The translations under genes and the position numbers were made by a program. The notes under the pieces were generated by a model that saw only the letters and a list, made by a program, of their open reading frames with translations, was not told the origin of the DNA and did no database searches. From an uncultured virus (IMG/VR IMGVR_UViG_3300025371_000001) (Adnaviria > Zilligvirae > Taleaviricota > Tokiviricetes > Ligamenvirales > Lipothrixviridae): a stretch of 64,000 nt of DNA. This document shows positions 20,060-30,762 of the stretch, one piece after another. Numbering within the stretch: the first letter of the stretch is position 1; each line of letters begins with the position of its first letter. The stretch lies in IMG/VR virus record IMGVR_UViG_3300025371_000001; one strand, given 5' to 3'.

Positions 20060-20548
20060 ATGAGGATAAGTTTAAACGGTACAGAAATTGAGGTTTACAA
20101 CTTAAATAAGGTTTATTTCGACCAAGATGATATATCTGAAATACTTAATGAATATAAAGAAGAAATTTTCTATCAGCTTGTTAATTATCATATCGAGGAA
20201 CTAGCTGAAGAGTTATTAAAATATGGGATAGTATTATGCAATCATAATTTAGACGAGGTTTATTTAAAATATTTTGATAAATTATTTGATGAAATTTCAT
20301 CTATTAAACAATATTACGAAAAAGAAGGCAGGGAATTAGAAGAAATGCTAATAAAGGCTATGGATAAATTCTTCAAAAATCACGACGCTAATGAGTTAAG
20401 GGAATTGGAAAACAAAATATATGATCTACAATCAAAAATAGGACATCTTAAATTGAACGCAACAATCGCAGGTATAGGGTCTATCATTGCAGCATATTTG
20501 TCTTCTCGTGGATCCAAAGGAGACGAAAGACTCCGTCCGTGGAGATGA
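20060..20548 (+). CDS. Hypothetical coiled-coil protein
   Basis: 162-aa ORF, GGTGG SD. Confidence 0.6.
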   Translation: MRISLNGTEIEVYNLNKVYFDQDDISEILNEYKEEIFYQLVNYHIEELAEELLKYGIVLCNHNLDEVYLKYFDKLFDEISSIKQYYEKEGRELEEMLIKAMDKFFKNHDANELRELENKIYDLQSKIGHLKLNATIAGIGSIIAAYLSSRGSKGDERLRPWR

Positions 20549-20602
20549 ATAACTATCCTATAGAAAACTTTAAATTTTGGGTTCAGAAAACATGTTGAAA
20601 AC

Positions 20603-21481
20603 ATGCAAAATGTTCTCATTACTGGTTCTTCAGGTTTTATAGGCAGTTCTCTTTTAGAGAAGTTAAAAAGTGAAGGTTATTATGTAATAGGAGTTTCAAG
20701 AAAAGACGTAGACGTTAAAGATTGGTGGAAACTCCTTAACATTCTCAATGAGAATAATATAGACACAATTTTTCACTTTGCCGCTACTTCTATCGTAGCT
20801 GAGGGCCATCAAGCACCGTATGAGACTATAGAAAACAACGTTATGGGAACTGCTGGTGTATTAGAGGCTGCAAGGAGGAGTTTGTCAGTTAAGAGAGTTA
20901 TAGTAATGGGGACTGATAAGGAATATGGAGAAGTGGAAAATGCGGACGAGAACGCACCGTTAGCTAAAAATAGCGGTATTTACGGTACTTCTAAGCTGGC
21001 ATCCTCACTTATTGCTCTTGCCTACAGGCAAGAATTCGGTATGAAAGTTACAGTAGTTAGGTCGGTGAATATATACGGCCCCAAAGATCATAACCTAACA
21101 AGGATAATACCTAAAGCTGTTTACAGTTTTAAGCACGGACAACCTTTTACGGTATACGTGCCTACTGGGCAGAGGGGGTATATATTTATAGACGATGTCA
21201 TAGAAGCGTTTAAGATTATTGAGAAACACGATGAATTAGACGTAATAAATATATGCAGTAAAGACGTACTAACTTCAGACCAGTTGGCTAAAATGATAGC
21301 GGAATTCATGCAGGCTAGGTACGGCGTTAATCCACAGATAACTTACAAAAAATCCCCATATCCAGAAATAGTTAAACAGTCACTTAACTGTGATAAATTG
21401 AAATCGTTAGGCTGGGAACAAAAATATGGAATTAAAGAAGGATTAGAAGCAACAATACCCAGCATTTTTAATGAACTTTAA
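20603..21481 (+). CDS. NAD-dependent nucleotide-sugar epimerase/dehydratase
   Basis: TGSSGFIG; YGTSK; NIYGP. Confidence 0.92.
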   Translation: MQNVLITGSSGFIGSSLLEKLKSEGYYVIGVSRKDVDVKDWWKLLNILNENNIDTIFHFAATSIVAEGHQAPYETIENNVMGTAGVLEAARRSLSVKRVIVMGTDKEYGEVENADENAPLAKNSGIYGTSKLASSLIALAYRQEFGMKVTVVRSVNIYGPKDHNLTRIIPKAVYSFKHGQPFTVYVPTGQRGYIFIDDVIEAFKIIEKHDELDVINICSKDVLTSDQLAKMIAEFMQARYGVNPQITYKKSPYPEIVKQSLNCDKLKSLGWEQKYGIKEGLEATIPSIFNEL

Positions 21482-21499
21482 CAAAACAAGCCTTGCTCT

Positions 21500-21937
21500 T
21501 CAAGATAAGGAGTATTTAAAATACTCTTGATATTTGTTGTAAACATAATTTAATATTTCATCTCTACTTTTTCTAACCCATTCTCTGAAAAACGTCATGA
21601 TCTCCTTTTCCTCTTCCTCAGGCTTAACCTCGCCTTTTAAAACGTAATTCCTTATGTACCCTATTACTGCTTCACTCAATGGATCTCTTACTTCCTCCTT
21701 CTCTTCAACATCAACCTCTCCTAACTCGATTAGTTTATTGATGTAATCCTGTAATTTCGACGAATAAGGACCGAAGAACCAAGGCTTAAAATTTAGGCCT
21801 AGATTAATTCCCTTCTCTTTCTCTAGGAGGAAAAAGATTTTCTGAAGTTTAGTAGCAGTAACCTCAACATTGTCCAACTTAGCTATATACAATAAAAGTT
21901 TGATAAAATGATAAACCTTATCGTCACTGCAAGTCAT
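21500..21937 (-). CDS. SocA/Panacea (DUF4065)-like antitoxin
   Basis: TKLQKIFFL ... FGPYS signature. Confidence 0.6.
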   Translation of the reverse strand: MTCSDDKVYHFIKLLLYIAKLDNVEVTATKLQKIFFLLEKEKGINLGLNFKPWFFGPYSSKLQDYINKLIELGEVDVEEKEEVRDPLSEAVIGYIRNYVLKGEVKPEEEEKEIMTFFREWVRKSRDEILNYVYNKYQEYFKYSLS

Positions 21938-22076
21938 ATCTATTACAGCCTAATTAGCAGTTAACGTAGTACAATTTAAACTTTTCAGTGTGTAATATGA
22001 AGCTCAACCATTCAAGGCGGAGAGGAGGTCAGAATACAGAAAACTTTTTAAATTCCTCTTCTCTTTTTCTCTTATT

Positions 22077-22475
22077 ATGGCGGAGAAGCATATCAGATAT
22101 ATCATTGACGGCTATACTACACAGAGAGTTGAGGATATTAAGAAGGCGTTAGAGTCTAATTTAACTAACTTAGACGATGATATAAAGATAAGTAAGAATG
22201 GTTATAAGGTTTCACTGTCTTTCAGAACTCCAGCTAACGTTAGAGTGATGCAGTGTGAGGAGATTGATGAGCTATTGTCAAAAGTAGGAGTATTGGCGAC
22301 GAGGATAATAGTTTCAAAAGTAGTAACCCACGAATCTGCGACAGATACTGAATCGAATAAGAGATTTAATGTTAACCTCATTATAGCGGCTCTTTCTGGC
22401 GGAGAAACAGTTGAGAGAGGTGAGGGGATAATTCTTTCCTGTAAGAAAAGGGATGGAAGATGGGTAAGAATTTAG
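22077..22475 (+). CDS. Hypothetical protein
   Basis: 132-aa ORF with promoter. Confidence 0.6.
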   Translation: MAEKHIRYIIDGYTTQRVEDIKKALESNLTNLDDDIKISKNGYKVSLSFRTPANVRVMQCEEIDELLSKVGVLATRIIVSKVVTHESATDTESNKRFNVNLIIAALSGGETVERGEGIILSCKKRDGRWVRI

Positions 22476-22633
22476 GAAGAAAGAATAATGAGGAATTGTA
22501 TATATTATACCAAGAAGGAAAGAAACTTAGACTTAGTAACAACATTTTAGCCTTCTTACTTCTTTCTGCTATTGAAAAGGCGAGTAACTATTTCACCGAG
22601 CTTTTGCTAAGCAAATGTGGGAATCCTACACTA

Positions 22634-22790
22634 CCCGCACTTTTGCAGTACTTCAACCGTCCGCACGTAGTTGCTATCGTCCGCATCGTCTCTTATTCAC
22701 GTGGGGGTGCGTGCCCCACAGATTGTGGGTCTACCCCTTTCGGGGAACCCCGCCTAAGTAGTAGTTAGTGCAGTAGGATTTAAACTTTTC
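22634..22790 (-). ncRNA. Cassette copy 4, overlapping the 3' half of ORF 22460-22768
   Basis: Repeat 22634-22657; scaffold to ~22760; promoter 22778-22790. Confidence 0.8.
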
Positions 22791-22849
22791 GATATGTAGC
22801 ATGACCTCCAACCGTTCAAGGCGGGGAGGAAGTCAGAAAATTTTTAAGT

Positions 22850-23824
22850 ATGTCCATTTATACTATCAGCATGGTTCTAAGGAGAGTTGACGAAAACGTT
22901 TACCAATCCAATTTTAGATATGCGTCTTCTAATCATCAAAATTACGATGTTATAATTTCTGTTGCAATTGAACATAATTATCCATGGAATACACTTTACA
23001 TACCACAGCCAGACGCCGTTCCGATAGATTTTTGGAATTTCTTAAGAGTCGTCTCTCTTATTCACGTCTCAACTGCTTATAATAAGAAAGTGTTGGTTTA
23101 TTGTAGTGTAGGCATTTCACGTTCAGTTACTTATTCCCTAGCATATCTCATTTCCAAGGGCTATTCGGTGGAAGAAGCAAAGAAAACAATGGGGGTTAAT
23201 TATCCTCTTCACCCAGATATGGAGAAAAGTCTACGTCTATTCGAAAGTAGGATGAAAGACAAATTCTTCAACAAATTATTCAGATATGCACTAATACAGA
23301 TGGAAGCATTGCAGAACGATTCACCAGTACCAGAAGACAGAGTACAAACTATTAAAAAATACGTGAGTAACGGTTCTAAGGTTCTTATTTTAGGTTGCAC
23401 CTCTCCAGAATACGAGATATTTAGTAAACTTTATGACGTTGAATGCATTCATTTAAACGCGTTAGGTAAAGTGGGGAAATTCATGATGTTTGAATATAAC
23501 GACTACCCTGATAACTATTTCGACGCAGTCCTCGCATTCGATACATTAGAACATATGTATGCTCCGTTTATTACGATAGGTGAAATCAGGAGAGTGCTTA
23601 AAGAAGGAGGAATATTTTACCATTCAACGCCTACTATTAGTGAAGATATGAAAATACCCTGGCACGTTTCACTATTTTCTGTTGATACGTGGAAGTGGTT
23701 ACTCGAATGGTGGGACTTTAAGGTTTTGGAAGAAAAAGTAGACCCAGACAGGATAACACAAATACTTCGCAAAGAGAAGTATACAAAATTTGAATCTTAT
23801 CATAAATTAGTTCAGATTTCCTAA
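22850..23824 (+). CDS. Dual-specificity phosphatase fused to a class I SAM methyltransferase
   Basis: CX5R YCSVGISRS; VLILGC, FDAV...DTLEH, RRVLKEGG. Confidence 0.8.
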   Translation: MSIYTISMVLRRVDENVYQSNFRYASSNHQNYDVIISVAIEHNYPWNTLYIPQPDAVPIDFWNFLRVVSLIHVSTAYNKKVLVYCSVGISRSVTYSLAYLISKGYSVEEAKKTMGVNYPLHPDMEKSLRLFESRMKDKFFNKLFRYALIQMEALQNDSPVPEDRVQTIKKYVSNGSKVLILGCTSPEYEIFSKLYDVECIHLNALGKVGKFMMFEYNDYPDNYFDAVLAFDTLEHMYAPFITIGEIRRVLKEGGIFYHSTPTISEDMKIPWHVSLFSVDTWKWLLEWWDFKVLEEKVDPDRITQILRKEKYTKFESYHKLVQIS

Positions 23825-23905
23825 AGAGATTTTTAATCTTCGTGAAACGAACGACGAACCTCGCCCTTTAGGGCGTGGAGGAAGTCAGAAAAGTTTTTAT
23901 ACCAG

Positions 23906-24640
23906 TTGTATTTATCTATAATCATGTCCACACAAAATGAAATTGTGAACTTGGAAGAATACTGTAGAATGTTACAACTTACGTACAACGGGGATAATTG
24001 TTGTGAGTCGTGTAGCCAAGCTGGACAAGTAACTATATTAAAACATACTCCTTTCTTTTCAAGAGAATATTTGGCAAAGGAGATAACATACGATGTTTCG
24101 TTTAGCGTAGGAAATATATCTTTAGATATATATCCTTTTGTCTATCCAAAATCTTGGGAGCTTCAGAGAGAAAACACATTAAAAATGGCTATAGTTCTTG
24201 CATCAAAAGTCTACAATACACTAGCTAACCGCTTCGAATTCCTAAGATTGGAGCCACATAGAATATTTATAAACTGGGACAAAATTTATATGCAATCTTT
24301 TCGTCTTAGTGAAGGTTTTGGTACTGAGGTAGTCTTTGGAGAAAAAGGAATTCATATGATAAATTGTGAAAGGGACGAGAACGACTGTCCATATATTTCT
24401 ATATGTAAGAAAGAAATATTTTATGATGGAGATAAAATAATTTGTAATGGAAAAACTATAGAGAAGACCGATGCCACATATAGAGACATTTACACAGAAA
24501 TAATGAAATTTGATGTTCCAGCACCTACAGTATATAGGTGGATAATTGATAATATAAAGATAATATCACAAGAGTTAGGAATTACTTTAAAAATTCTAAA
24601 TCCAAGTCGTTCATCAGAATTAACAAACCTCACCCATTAG
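23906..24640 (+). CDS. Hypothetical protein
   Basis: 244-aa ORF. Confidence 0.6.
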   Translation: MYLSIIMSTQNEIVNLEEYCRMLQLTYNGDNCCESCSQAGQVTILKHTPFFSREYLAKEITYDVSFSVGNISLDIYPFVYPKSWELQRENTLKMAIVLASKVYNTLANRFEFLRLEPHRIFINWDKIYMQSFRLSEGFGTEVVFGEKGIHMINCERDENDCPYISICKKEIFYDGDKIICNGKTIEKTDATYRDIYTEIMKFDVPAPTVYRWIIDNIKIISQELGITLKILNPSRSSELTNLTH

Positions 24641-24702
24641 GGCGTGGAGGAAGTCAGAAAAGTTTTTTATTTTGTTCGCCTAATATTTTAGCTGAAGAAA
24701 AT

Positions 24703-25083
24703 ATGAGTGTACAGCCTAGTTCAACTAATAACATGAGTGCTGGTTCGGGTGGAAGACTAATAAGGATGCTATTAATTCTATTCAGTGCAGTTGCTCTTGT
24801 AGCATTGCCTATTGCTGGGTTCTTCATAGGCAATTTCATCGGGACACATATGGCCGTCACTGATATTGAAAATGGGTATGCATATGGCGGATTGTTAGCT
24901 ACGGTAGCACAAGCAACCCATAACTCTGTATATGCACAAGAGGCTAATATCAGCCAAGCACTCGGTATCACATTAGGACAATCTGACGTAAATACACTCG
25001 CTATTTTAGGTCTTGTTCTAGGGCTAATATTGGACGCACCGTTAGCATATTTAGTCATCAGTGAATATGAAAAGTTAACCTGA
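24703..25083 (+). CDS. Two-TM membrane protein
   Basis: Hydrophobic segments near both ends. Confidence 0.6.
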   Translation: MSVQPSSTNNMSAGSGGRLIRMLLILFSAVALVALPIAGFFIGNFIGTHMAVTDIENGYAYGGLLATVAQATHNSVYAQEANISQALGITLGQSDVNTLAILGLVLGLILDAPLAYLVISEYEKLT

Positions 25084-25207
25084 TTTTTTTATAAAAAATG
25101 GGGGTTAAGGGAACGGAAAGCCTCGCAGGCGGGGATGAAGTCAGACGGTAAGAAAACAGAAAGATATGTTTTTAACCTCTTATGTAACTCATTTAAAGTG
25201 GTAGGAA

Positions 25208-25693
25208 ATGTTAGATAGAACAAAAGTTGTTTTGCTTTCAGTAATAGCGGTTCTGTTGGCAATCATATTGTATTTTATTTATATACAAGTTAAATTAGCA
25301 TATACACTAACTCAACCTATTATTACTGCTACAAGTACAGTACCTCAACCTACCACTACTATTACAAACACGATATCCAGTTCATTACCACAAAGTCAAC
25401 AAGCACCACTAGTAATATCTCAATCTGCAAATGGACAAGTAATTTTACCATTAATTACAGACAAATGGGCTGTTGTAGTTTCGCCTACTACTTCTAACCA
25501 ATACTTTTCTGTATATTTAAGTATGACAGGAAAAGTAGATGATACAGCAATAGAAATAATATCCCCTACTGTTATACCAAATACCAGTTTATTAACAACC
25601 AGTGCTAACTTTAGTCAATATGCAGGTTATCCATACTTGATAGTGAACTCTTCTGCACCTTTCACCGTGTACGTAGGGTTTGCAAAAGATTAA
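25208..25693 (+). CDS. N-anchored Thr/Ser-rich surface or virion protein
   Basis: N-terminal TM, T/S linker, beta-rich C-terminus. Confidence 0.65.
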   Translation: MLDRTKVVLLSVIAVLLAIILYFIYIQVKLAYTLTQPIITATSTVPQPTTTITNTISSSLPQSQQAPLVISQSANGQVILPLITDKWAVVVSPTTSNQYFSVYLSMTGKVDDTAIEIISPTVIPNTSLLTTSANFSQYAGYPYLIVNSSAPFTVYVGFAKD

Positions 25694-25700
25694 ACTCTTC

Positions 25701-25800
25701 CCCCGCATTTTTTCTAATTTCTGACCGTCCGCATCTGTCCGCATCGTCGCTTATTCACGTGGGCTAATGGACATCCTTTTCACGTAAATAGAAATATTTT
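25701..25800 (-). ncRNA. Short-variant cassette lacking the 5' hairpins
   Basis: Degenerate repeat plus CATCGTCGCTTATTCACGTGGG core; 5' part shared with 28150-28255. Confidence 0.55.
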
Positions 25801-25863
25801 TATATTTGCTATAATAAATTTCATCTTGTAATCTGCTCCTACGGTTGATCAGGTGTTGAAGAG

Positions 25864-26769
25864 ATGAAAATCCAAGTTTGTATTCTTAATCCTAAAAAAA
25901 CAATCGAAAATCCTTCAATAAAAATTTTACAGAAACATTTCGATGAAATAACTGTGTATACACATAATTTTTATTCATTTAGCGATGCGAGAAACAAATG
26001 TATAGATCGTACTGCAGACTATGTAATAAGGTTTGATGCGGATGAGGAAATCGATGAAAACAGTGTTGTTCAGTTAAAACAAGATATATTGGGATCCTTA
26101 GTTTATGCTAAATTCCAGTTTATAGTAGGTGAATATTCGTGGGTTGACGGCTTTAAACTGATTTCCCACCCTACTACTTGTTCGTATGTAGGGCCAGCAC
26201 ATGAAACACTGGTATGCGACGAAGTAATAAAGAGAATTTATGATGATAACGTCGTATTAATACATAAGAAGAGTATATACGATTATTATTATTCAATGGC
26301 TAGGACGTATTATCTAACTGTACCAGATATAGAGCTCAGGAAAATTATAGGCGGAGAAGTAACTGTAGATAAATTCAGAAAGATTATTAAAAGTCCTACA
26401 AAAGAACTAAAGAACTGGGCAGAGAAACAAACCAGTTGCGATGAACGTAGAGCCTTTTACTACCTAATTTTCGGTGATATACCCAACAACGGTTGTGCAC
26501 TAGATCCTCCATATTATGCGGAAATTGCAAATAAATTGTATGAGAAAGTGAAAATATACGACCCATACCTAGTATATTATGTAGCAACTCACCCACAATT
26601 AAACATAGACAGGATAGCCGAATTGAACAGGATATATATGCACTTATTAGGCAGACCTATAGATATGAGTGGGCTAAATATTTATTACAATATGCCGAAT
26701 GATAAAGTAGTAGAAGCTATAATTAACTCAATTTATAGAAAAATTGAAAACATGCCACTTACATCTTGA
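25864..26769 (+). CDS. GT2-like glycosyltransferase with DUF4214-like motif
   Basis: FSDARN, FDADE, AHE; IYMHLLGRPIDMSGL. Confidence 0.75.
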   Translation: MKIQVCILNPKKTIENPSIKILQKHFDEITVYTHNFYSFSDARNKCIDRTADYVIRFDADEEIDENSVVQLKQDILGSLVYAKFQFIVGEYSWVDGFKLISHPTTCSYVGPAHETLVCDEVIKRIYDDNVVLIHKKSIYDYYYSMARTYYLTVPDIELRKIIGGEVTVDKFRKIIKSPTKELKNWAEKQTSCDERRAFYYLIFGDIPNNGCALDPPYYAEIANKLYEKVKIYDPYLVYYVATHPQLNIDRIAELNRIYMHLLGRPIDMSGLNIYYNMPNDKVVEAIINSIYRKIENMPLTS

Positions 26770-27434
26770 AAGTGCTGGGAAAAATTTTTAAACCCATTTT
26801 CCTTTTTTCTTTTATGGCAGTACAACTTCCTCAAAAGGAGGAGGACATCGTTACGTTTTTATACCATGTTATTCTAAAAAGAGATCCAGACCAATCTGGT
26901 TTATCTACATATGCAGAAAAACTCAGGAAAAAAGAACTTACTATACCAGATTTAATCAGAATATTATATTTAAGTGATGAGAATAAATCAAAAAGGGAAC
27001 TCTTTAGGCAGGCTGCTAACCTTGCGTTGTATGATTTCTTACAAACGATAAAAGATACACCTATCTACAAACAACTTAATTCTCTTGCGTCTATGGGGTT
27101 GAGAATAAAAGACGGATATGACGACACATTATTCGTGTACCAATTTAAGCCAGATTCATTAGTTGTAACAAACAAGTTTATAAATCAAAAGGATGTCACA
27201 ATTTACACAACAAACAACTCAATGAAGACTTTATTTATAAATAACGGTGCAAAACTAATTGATATATTCACAGAAGATTTAAAGTTTGAATTCTGCTATT
27301 TTATTAACCCATCTATGTTTGATATTGTAGGAGTTATTGCCAGACGATTGGATGAGATATGTGATGTAATTTATGCTAATGAAATGTTAGATTACCTAAA
27401 AATGAGGTCGCAAAAATTTGAAACCCTCCCTTGA
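26766..27434 (+). CDS. DUF4214-like domain protein (start probably ATG ~26814)
   Basis: LYHVILKRDPDQSGLSTY. Confidence 0.65.
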   Translation: MKVLGKIFKPIFLFSFMAVQLPQKEEDIVTFLYHVILKRDPDQSGLSTYAEKLRKKELTIPDLIRILYLSDENKSKRELFRQAANLALYDFLQTIKDTPIYKQLNSLASMGLRIKDGYDDTLFVYQFKPDSLVVTNKFINQKDVTIYTTNNSMKTLFINNGAKLIDIFTEDLKFEFCYFINPSMFDIVGVIARRLDEICDVIYANEMLDYLKMRSQKFETLP

Positions 27435-27497
27435 ACCCACATCCCTGCATTTGGAACAACAACGAAAATTTTTAAACTCTTAAGTATCTATAAACAT

Positions 27498-28130
27498 ATG
27501 CCAAATTTTAAGAAGATTTTATCAAATTTAGTTACTTCCTCAGCTATATCTACAGATCCTACTGCTTCATTAACTATAGAAGCCAACGGTGTAGGACAGC
27601 TGCAGATAACATTTGGCACATCTGTACCACCGTCTCTTCAACAATATGCCACTAGTTCTAATACAGTCGTAATTCCAGTTCAAGGTAGTTTGAAACTTTC
27701 TGGATTAAACGGAGTTATAAATGTGTCGCCAGTTAATGTCACAGTAAATGTATCTCAACAGTTAACTGGTATAATTAACACTGTTCCAGCAATATCACCA
27801 AAGAAAGTGAAACATGTGTCAGTAACAGTATCGAATGGTACAATCACATCTCTTATACAAGACGGTAATCAAGTAACCCCGCCCACACAACTAATTTATT
27901 ATACTGGATTCGGAGCAGTGCAATTAAGCGGATATGGCGTATCATTAACGATTAGTGATTACGACCCAATAGCAGGTGTACCTACTGGGGAACAAATACC
28001 AGTAACGTTAGTAGGCAGCACGTCTCAATACGCAGAAGCGTTTACTACAATCCATAGAAGTGCAACAGGATTCATTATTCTGCAGAACATATCTGGAACC
28101 GGGCAATTCGATATATTTGTAGAAGATTAA
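27498..28130 (+). CDS. Beta-rich putative structural protein
   Basis: 210-aa S/T/V/G-rich ORF. Confidence 0.55.
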   Translation: MPNFKKILSNLVTSSAISTDPTASLTIEANGVGQLQITFGTSVPPSLQQYATSSNTVVIPVQGSLKLSGLNGVINVSPVNVTVNVSQQLTGIINTVPAISPKKVKHVSVTVSNGTITSLIQDGNQVTPPTQLIYYTGFGAVQLSGYGVSLTISDYDPIAGVPTGEQIPVTLVGSTSQYAEAFTTIHRSATGFIILQNISGTGQFDIFVED

Positions 28131-28149
28131 TTATAATACAAAATATAAG

Positions 28150-28255
28150 CCCGCACTTTTTTCCGATCTCTAACCATCAGCATTCTGTCGCTATCTTCCG
28201 TAGCGTCGCTTATTCACGTGGGCTGAATCCTTTTTCATGTTAATAGAAATCTTTT
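28150..28255 (-). ncRNA. Short-variant cassette with variant repeat
   Basis: CCCGCAC-T-run-CCGATCTCTAAC (same variant as 13530) plus GCGTCGCTTATTCACGTGGG. Confidence 0.6.
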
Positions 28256-28289
28256 TGTCTGTTTATAACAAATTTTTGTTGATAAATAA

Positions 28290-28452
28290 TGATCTCTCAC
28301 GCCGATGTGGGCTAAAGGGTGGGAGTGATTGCAGAGATGTGAGCCCCGTGCCGTTGGAGTCCCATGACCCACCTATGGTTGAGGGCTAAGTCCCTATACT
28401 CGATCATGAACGAACATAAAATGATTGAAATGAAAGTGTAGGGACAAACGGG
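28290..28452 (+). mobile_element. Probable IS607 right-end/omegaRNA remnant
   Basis: GC-rich non-coding island ending ATGATTGAAATGAAAGTGTAGGGACAAACGG. Confidence 0.45.
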
Positions 28453-28508
28453 CAAGGCTTGTAGCTTGTTTTGTCAGAAAAGTTTTTAACTTCGATGTAT
28501 CTAACATT

Positions 28509-28781
28509 TTGGGCAACATGGGTGGGTTAACGATAGCACTAATAGTTGCATTAGTAATAATAGTTGCACTAATAGTTTACTTCCTACTAATTAAGAAACA
28601 ACAACCCTCGGCTCAAGCTATAAGCGGTTGCACTGTCATTACTACCATACCAACAACAACTTACGTACCATCATATACTTATACACAAACTGTAACATAT
28701 ACTTTACCAATTCAAACAACAACTTATGTTATCACTAACACTCAAACGTCTCGACCAATCGTAACATATACTTGTCTCTGA
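28509..28781 (+). CDS. N-anchored Thr-rich protein
   Basis: TM then Thr-rich; ends PIVTYTCL. Confidence 0.65.
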   Translation: MGNMGGLTIALIVALVIIVALIVYFLLIKKQQPSAQAISGCTVITTIPTTTYVPSYTYTQTVTYTLPIQTTTYVITNTQTSRPIVTYTCL

Positions 28782-28796
28782 CACTAGTGAAATAAA

Positions 28797-28988
28797 ATGA
28801 CAAAAAAAGATTATATTCTTATAGCTATTATTTTATTTTTCATAATTATTCTACTGTTATTACTTTATTTCACAAAAGTTTCACATAATCGATCTGTCGC
28901 ATCTACTACCACATGTACTTATACCACGACTTATACTGTTACGAATACGCAAACAACTCAACCAATCGTAACATATACATGTGCATAA
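28797..28988 (+). CDS. N-anchored Thr-rich protein, paralog of the preceding gene
   Basis: Ends PIVTYTCA. Confidence 0.65.
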   Translation: MTKKDYILIAIILFFIIILLLLLYFTKVSHNRSVASTTTCTYTTTYTVTNTQTTQPIVTYTCA

Positions 28989-29070
28989 CTGTTGACGACG
29001 GCAGTTCGTCATCCGTATTCGGTCGTTATTTTTAGTAAGATTTTTTAACCATTCATGTATCATATTTTCT

Positions 29071-30003
29071 ATGGAACGTAAGACACTCATAATCATTCTC
29101 TCAGCAGCATTAGCAATAATCATAGCAGTACTCATTTACTATTTCTTCATACTGAAGAAACCAGTAGCACAAGTGAGCGGAGTAATATCAATAGTACTAT
29201 CACCTTCTAACCCGAAACTAACAGAAAATATTACAATACCTACTGGTACACCATTATCATTTAACATTTATTTGAGTAACGCTAAACCAAATAGTACATA
29301 TACTGTACAGTTAGCAGGTAATACGTATCAGATAAACACTGACGGTAACGGTAACGGAGGAATAGCATTAGCTACTTCTCCAATATCTTCAAATACTACA
29401 GTAGTATTAACAATAACTGGGCCTTGTATACCATCTGCTTATGTATTATGTATTAATGTCTCTGTTACATCTACTACCACGACAACTCTAACGTCTACAA
29501 CAGCCACAACTACAACAATATCCACCACTACAGTAACTTCTCCATCGTCCCCACCTAATTATATTATAGTTAAGAACCCCAACTCATATCCAGTTATCGC
29601 ACAGTATATATATTATGACGGTTCATCTACAATTAATTATTATATACCGCCAAATTCTATAGTAAACTTACCTACTGAACCACAATCTTATGATATATTA
29701 TCATTCCTTACACAAAACGCGTATATAGTTAGTTATACACCACCACCAGTGGCTGGGAGTACTGTAACTATACCATCTATAAATGGGTTGACGCTTTATC
29801 AATTTATAAACGATACACCGTACGTTCTAATTTTTGTTGCTACAAACTTAATCAGAACTATTAACGCTATTGTAAAACCAGGAACAGAAATAGAATTTTG
29901 GGCATCACCTGGATGGTCATATGGCGGTTATCAGCTTGGCACTGCAACTGCAATATGTACTGGATCTACAACAAATAACACTACCATTATTTGTCAAACA
30001 TGA
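29071..30003 (+). CDS. N-anchored surface protein, beta domains with poly-Thr linker
   Basis: TM, beta-rich domain, T-rich linker. Confidence 0.7.
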   Translation: MERKTLIIILSAALAIIIAVLIYYFFILKKPVAQVSGVISIVLSPSNPKLTENITIPTGTPLSFNIYLSNAKPNSTYTVQLAGNTYQINTDGNGNGGIALATSPISSNTTVVLTITGPCIPSAYVLCINVSVTSTTTTTLTSTTATTTTISTTTVTSPSSPPNYIIVKNPNSYPVIAQYIYYDGSSTINYYIPPNSIVNLPTEPQSYDILSFLTQNAYIVSYTPPPVAGSTVTIPSINGLTLYQFINDTPYVLIFVATNLIRTINAIVKPGTEIEFWASPGWSYGGYQLGTATAICTGSTTNNTTIICQT

Positions 30004-30054
30004 GCTACCATTTCTAACCTCCTCCCCGCTCTGAATGGTAATATTTATAAACGT

Positions 30055-30744
30055 GTGTGTATTTTCAATAATATGGACAAAAAGATATTTGTAGGCACTA
30101 TTATAGGTATTATAATAGCGGTAGTTGTTGTTTTAATACTTTATTTTAACTTAATTACTAATCAGACGACCATAACAAACATTTCAAATCCAGTAGTTGC
30201 AACTACTTCCACTCAGTACTTGTATAATATACAAACACCTACTCATATACTATCGATCTCTGTTAGTTTTTCTATGACACCAGTACCTAATTCTACACCT
30301 CCAGCAGACGGTATACAAATAATTCTAGGTTCTAATAATGTCCAGTTTACTGGAGGAGTATATCAATGTAGGATACAGAACAACTGTCCACCTGGGGTTG
30401 GTGCACCGATAACATTTAACGGTATAATGGCTGGATTTGAGTTATATTATAACACATCAAATCCTGCCATGGCAGGTGCACCATATTTATTCATCTGTAC
30501 AAGTAATGGACAATGCTTTACTACACCAATACCTCAGATCAATCAATCAATATCTGGTACTTTAACAGTAAATATATCGTCTAGTGAGATACAAGCGTCT
30601 CTGCAGTTAAGCAACGGTTCTTTATACACTGTCACCGCACCGTTAAGTATAAAAACTAACTTTGCGGAGGTTAGCGTAACTACTGGTAATAATTACGCTG
30701 TATGGAATCTAAATTCTATCAATGTTAAATACGCTATAGCTTAG
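30055..30744 (+). CDS. N-anchored lectin-like (ConA-type beta-sandwich) protein
   Basis: TM; PPADGIQI, GFELYYN, SVTTG resemble legume-lectin motifs. Confidence 0.5.
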   Translation: MCIFNNMDKKIFVGTIIGIIIAVVVVLILYFNLITNQTTITNISNPVVATTSTQYLYNIQTPTHILSISVSFSMTPVPNSTPPADGIQIILGSNNVQFTGGVYQCRIQNNCPPGVGAPITFNGIMAGFELYYNTSNPAMAGAPYLFICTSNGQCFTTPIPQINQSISGTLTVNISSSEIQASLQLSNGSLYTVTAPLSIKTNFAEVSVTTGNNYAVWNLNSINVKYAIA

Positions 30745-30762
30745 CAAACTGCCCTAACTACC

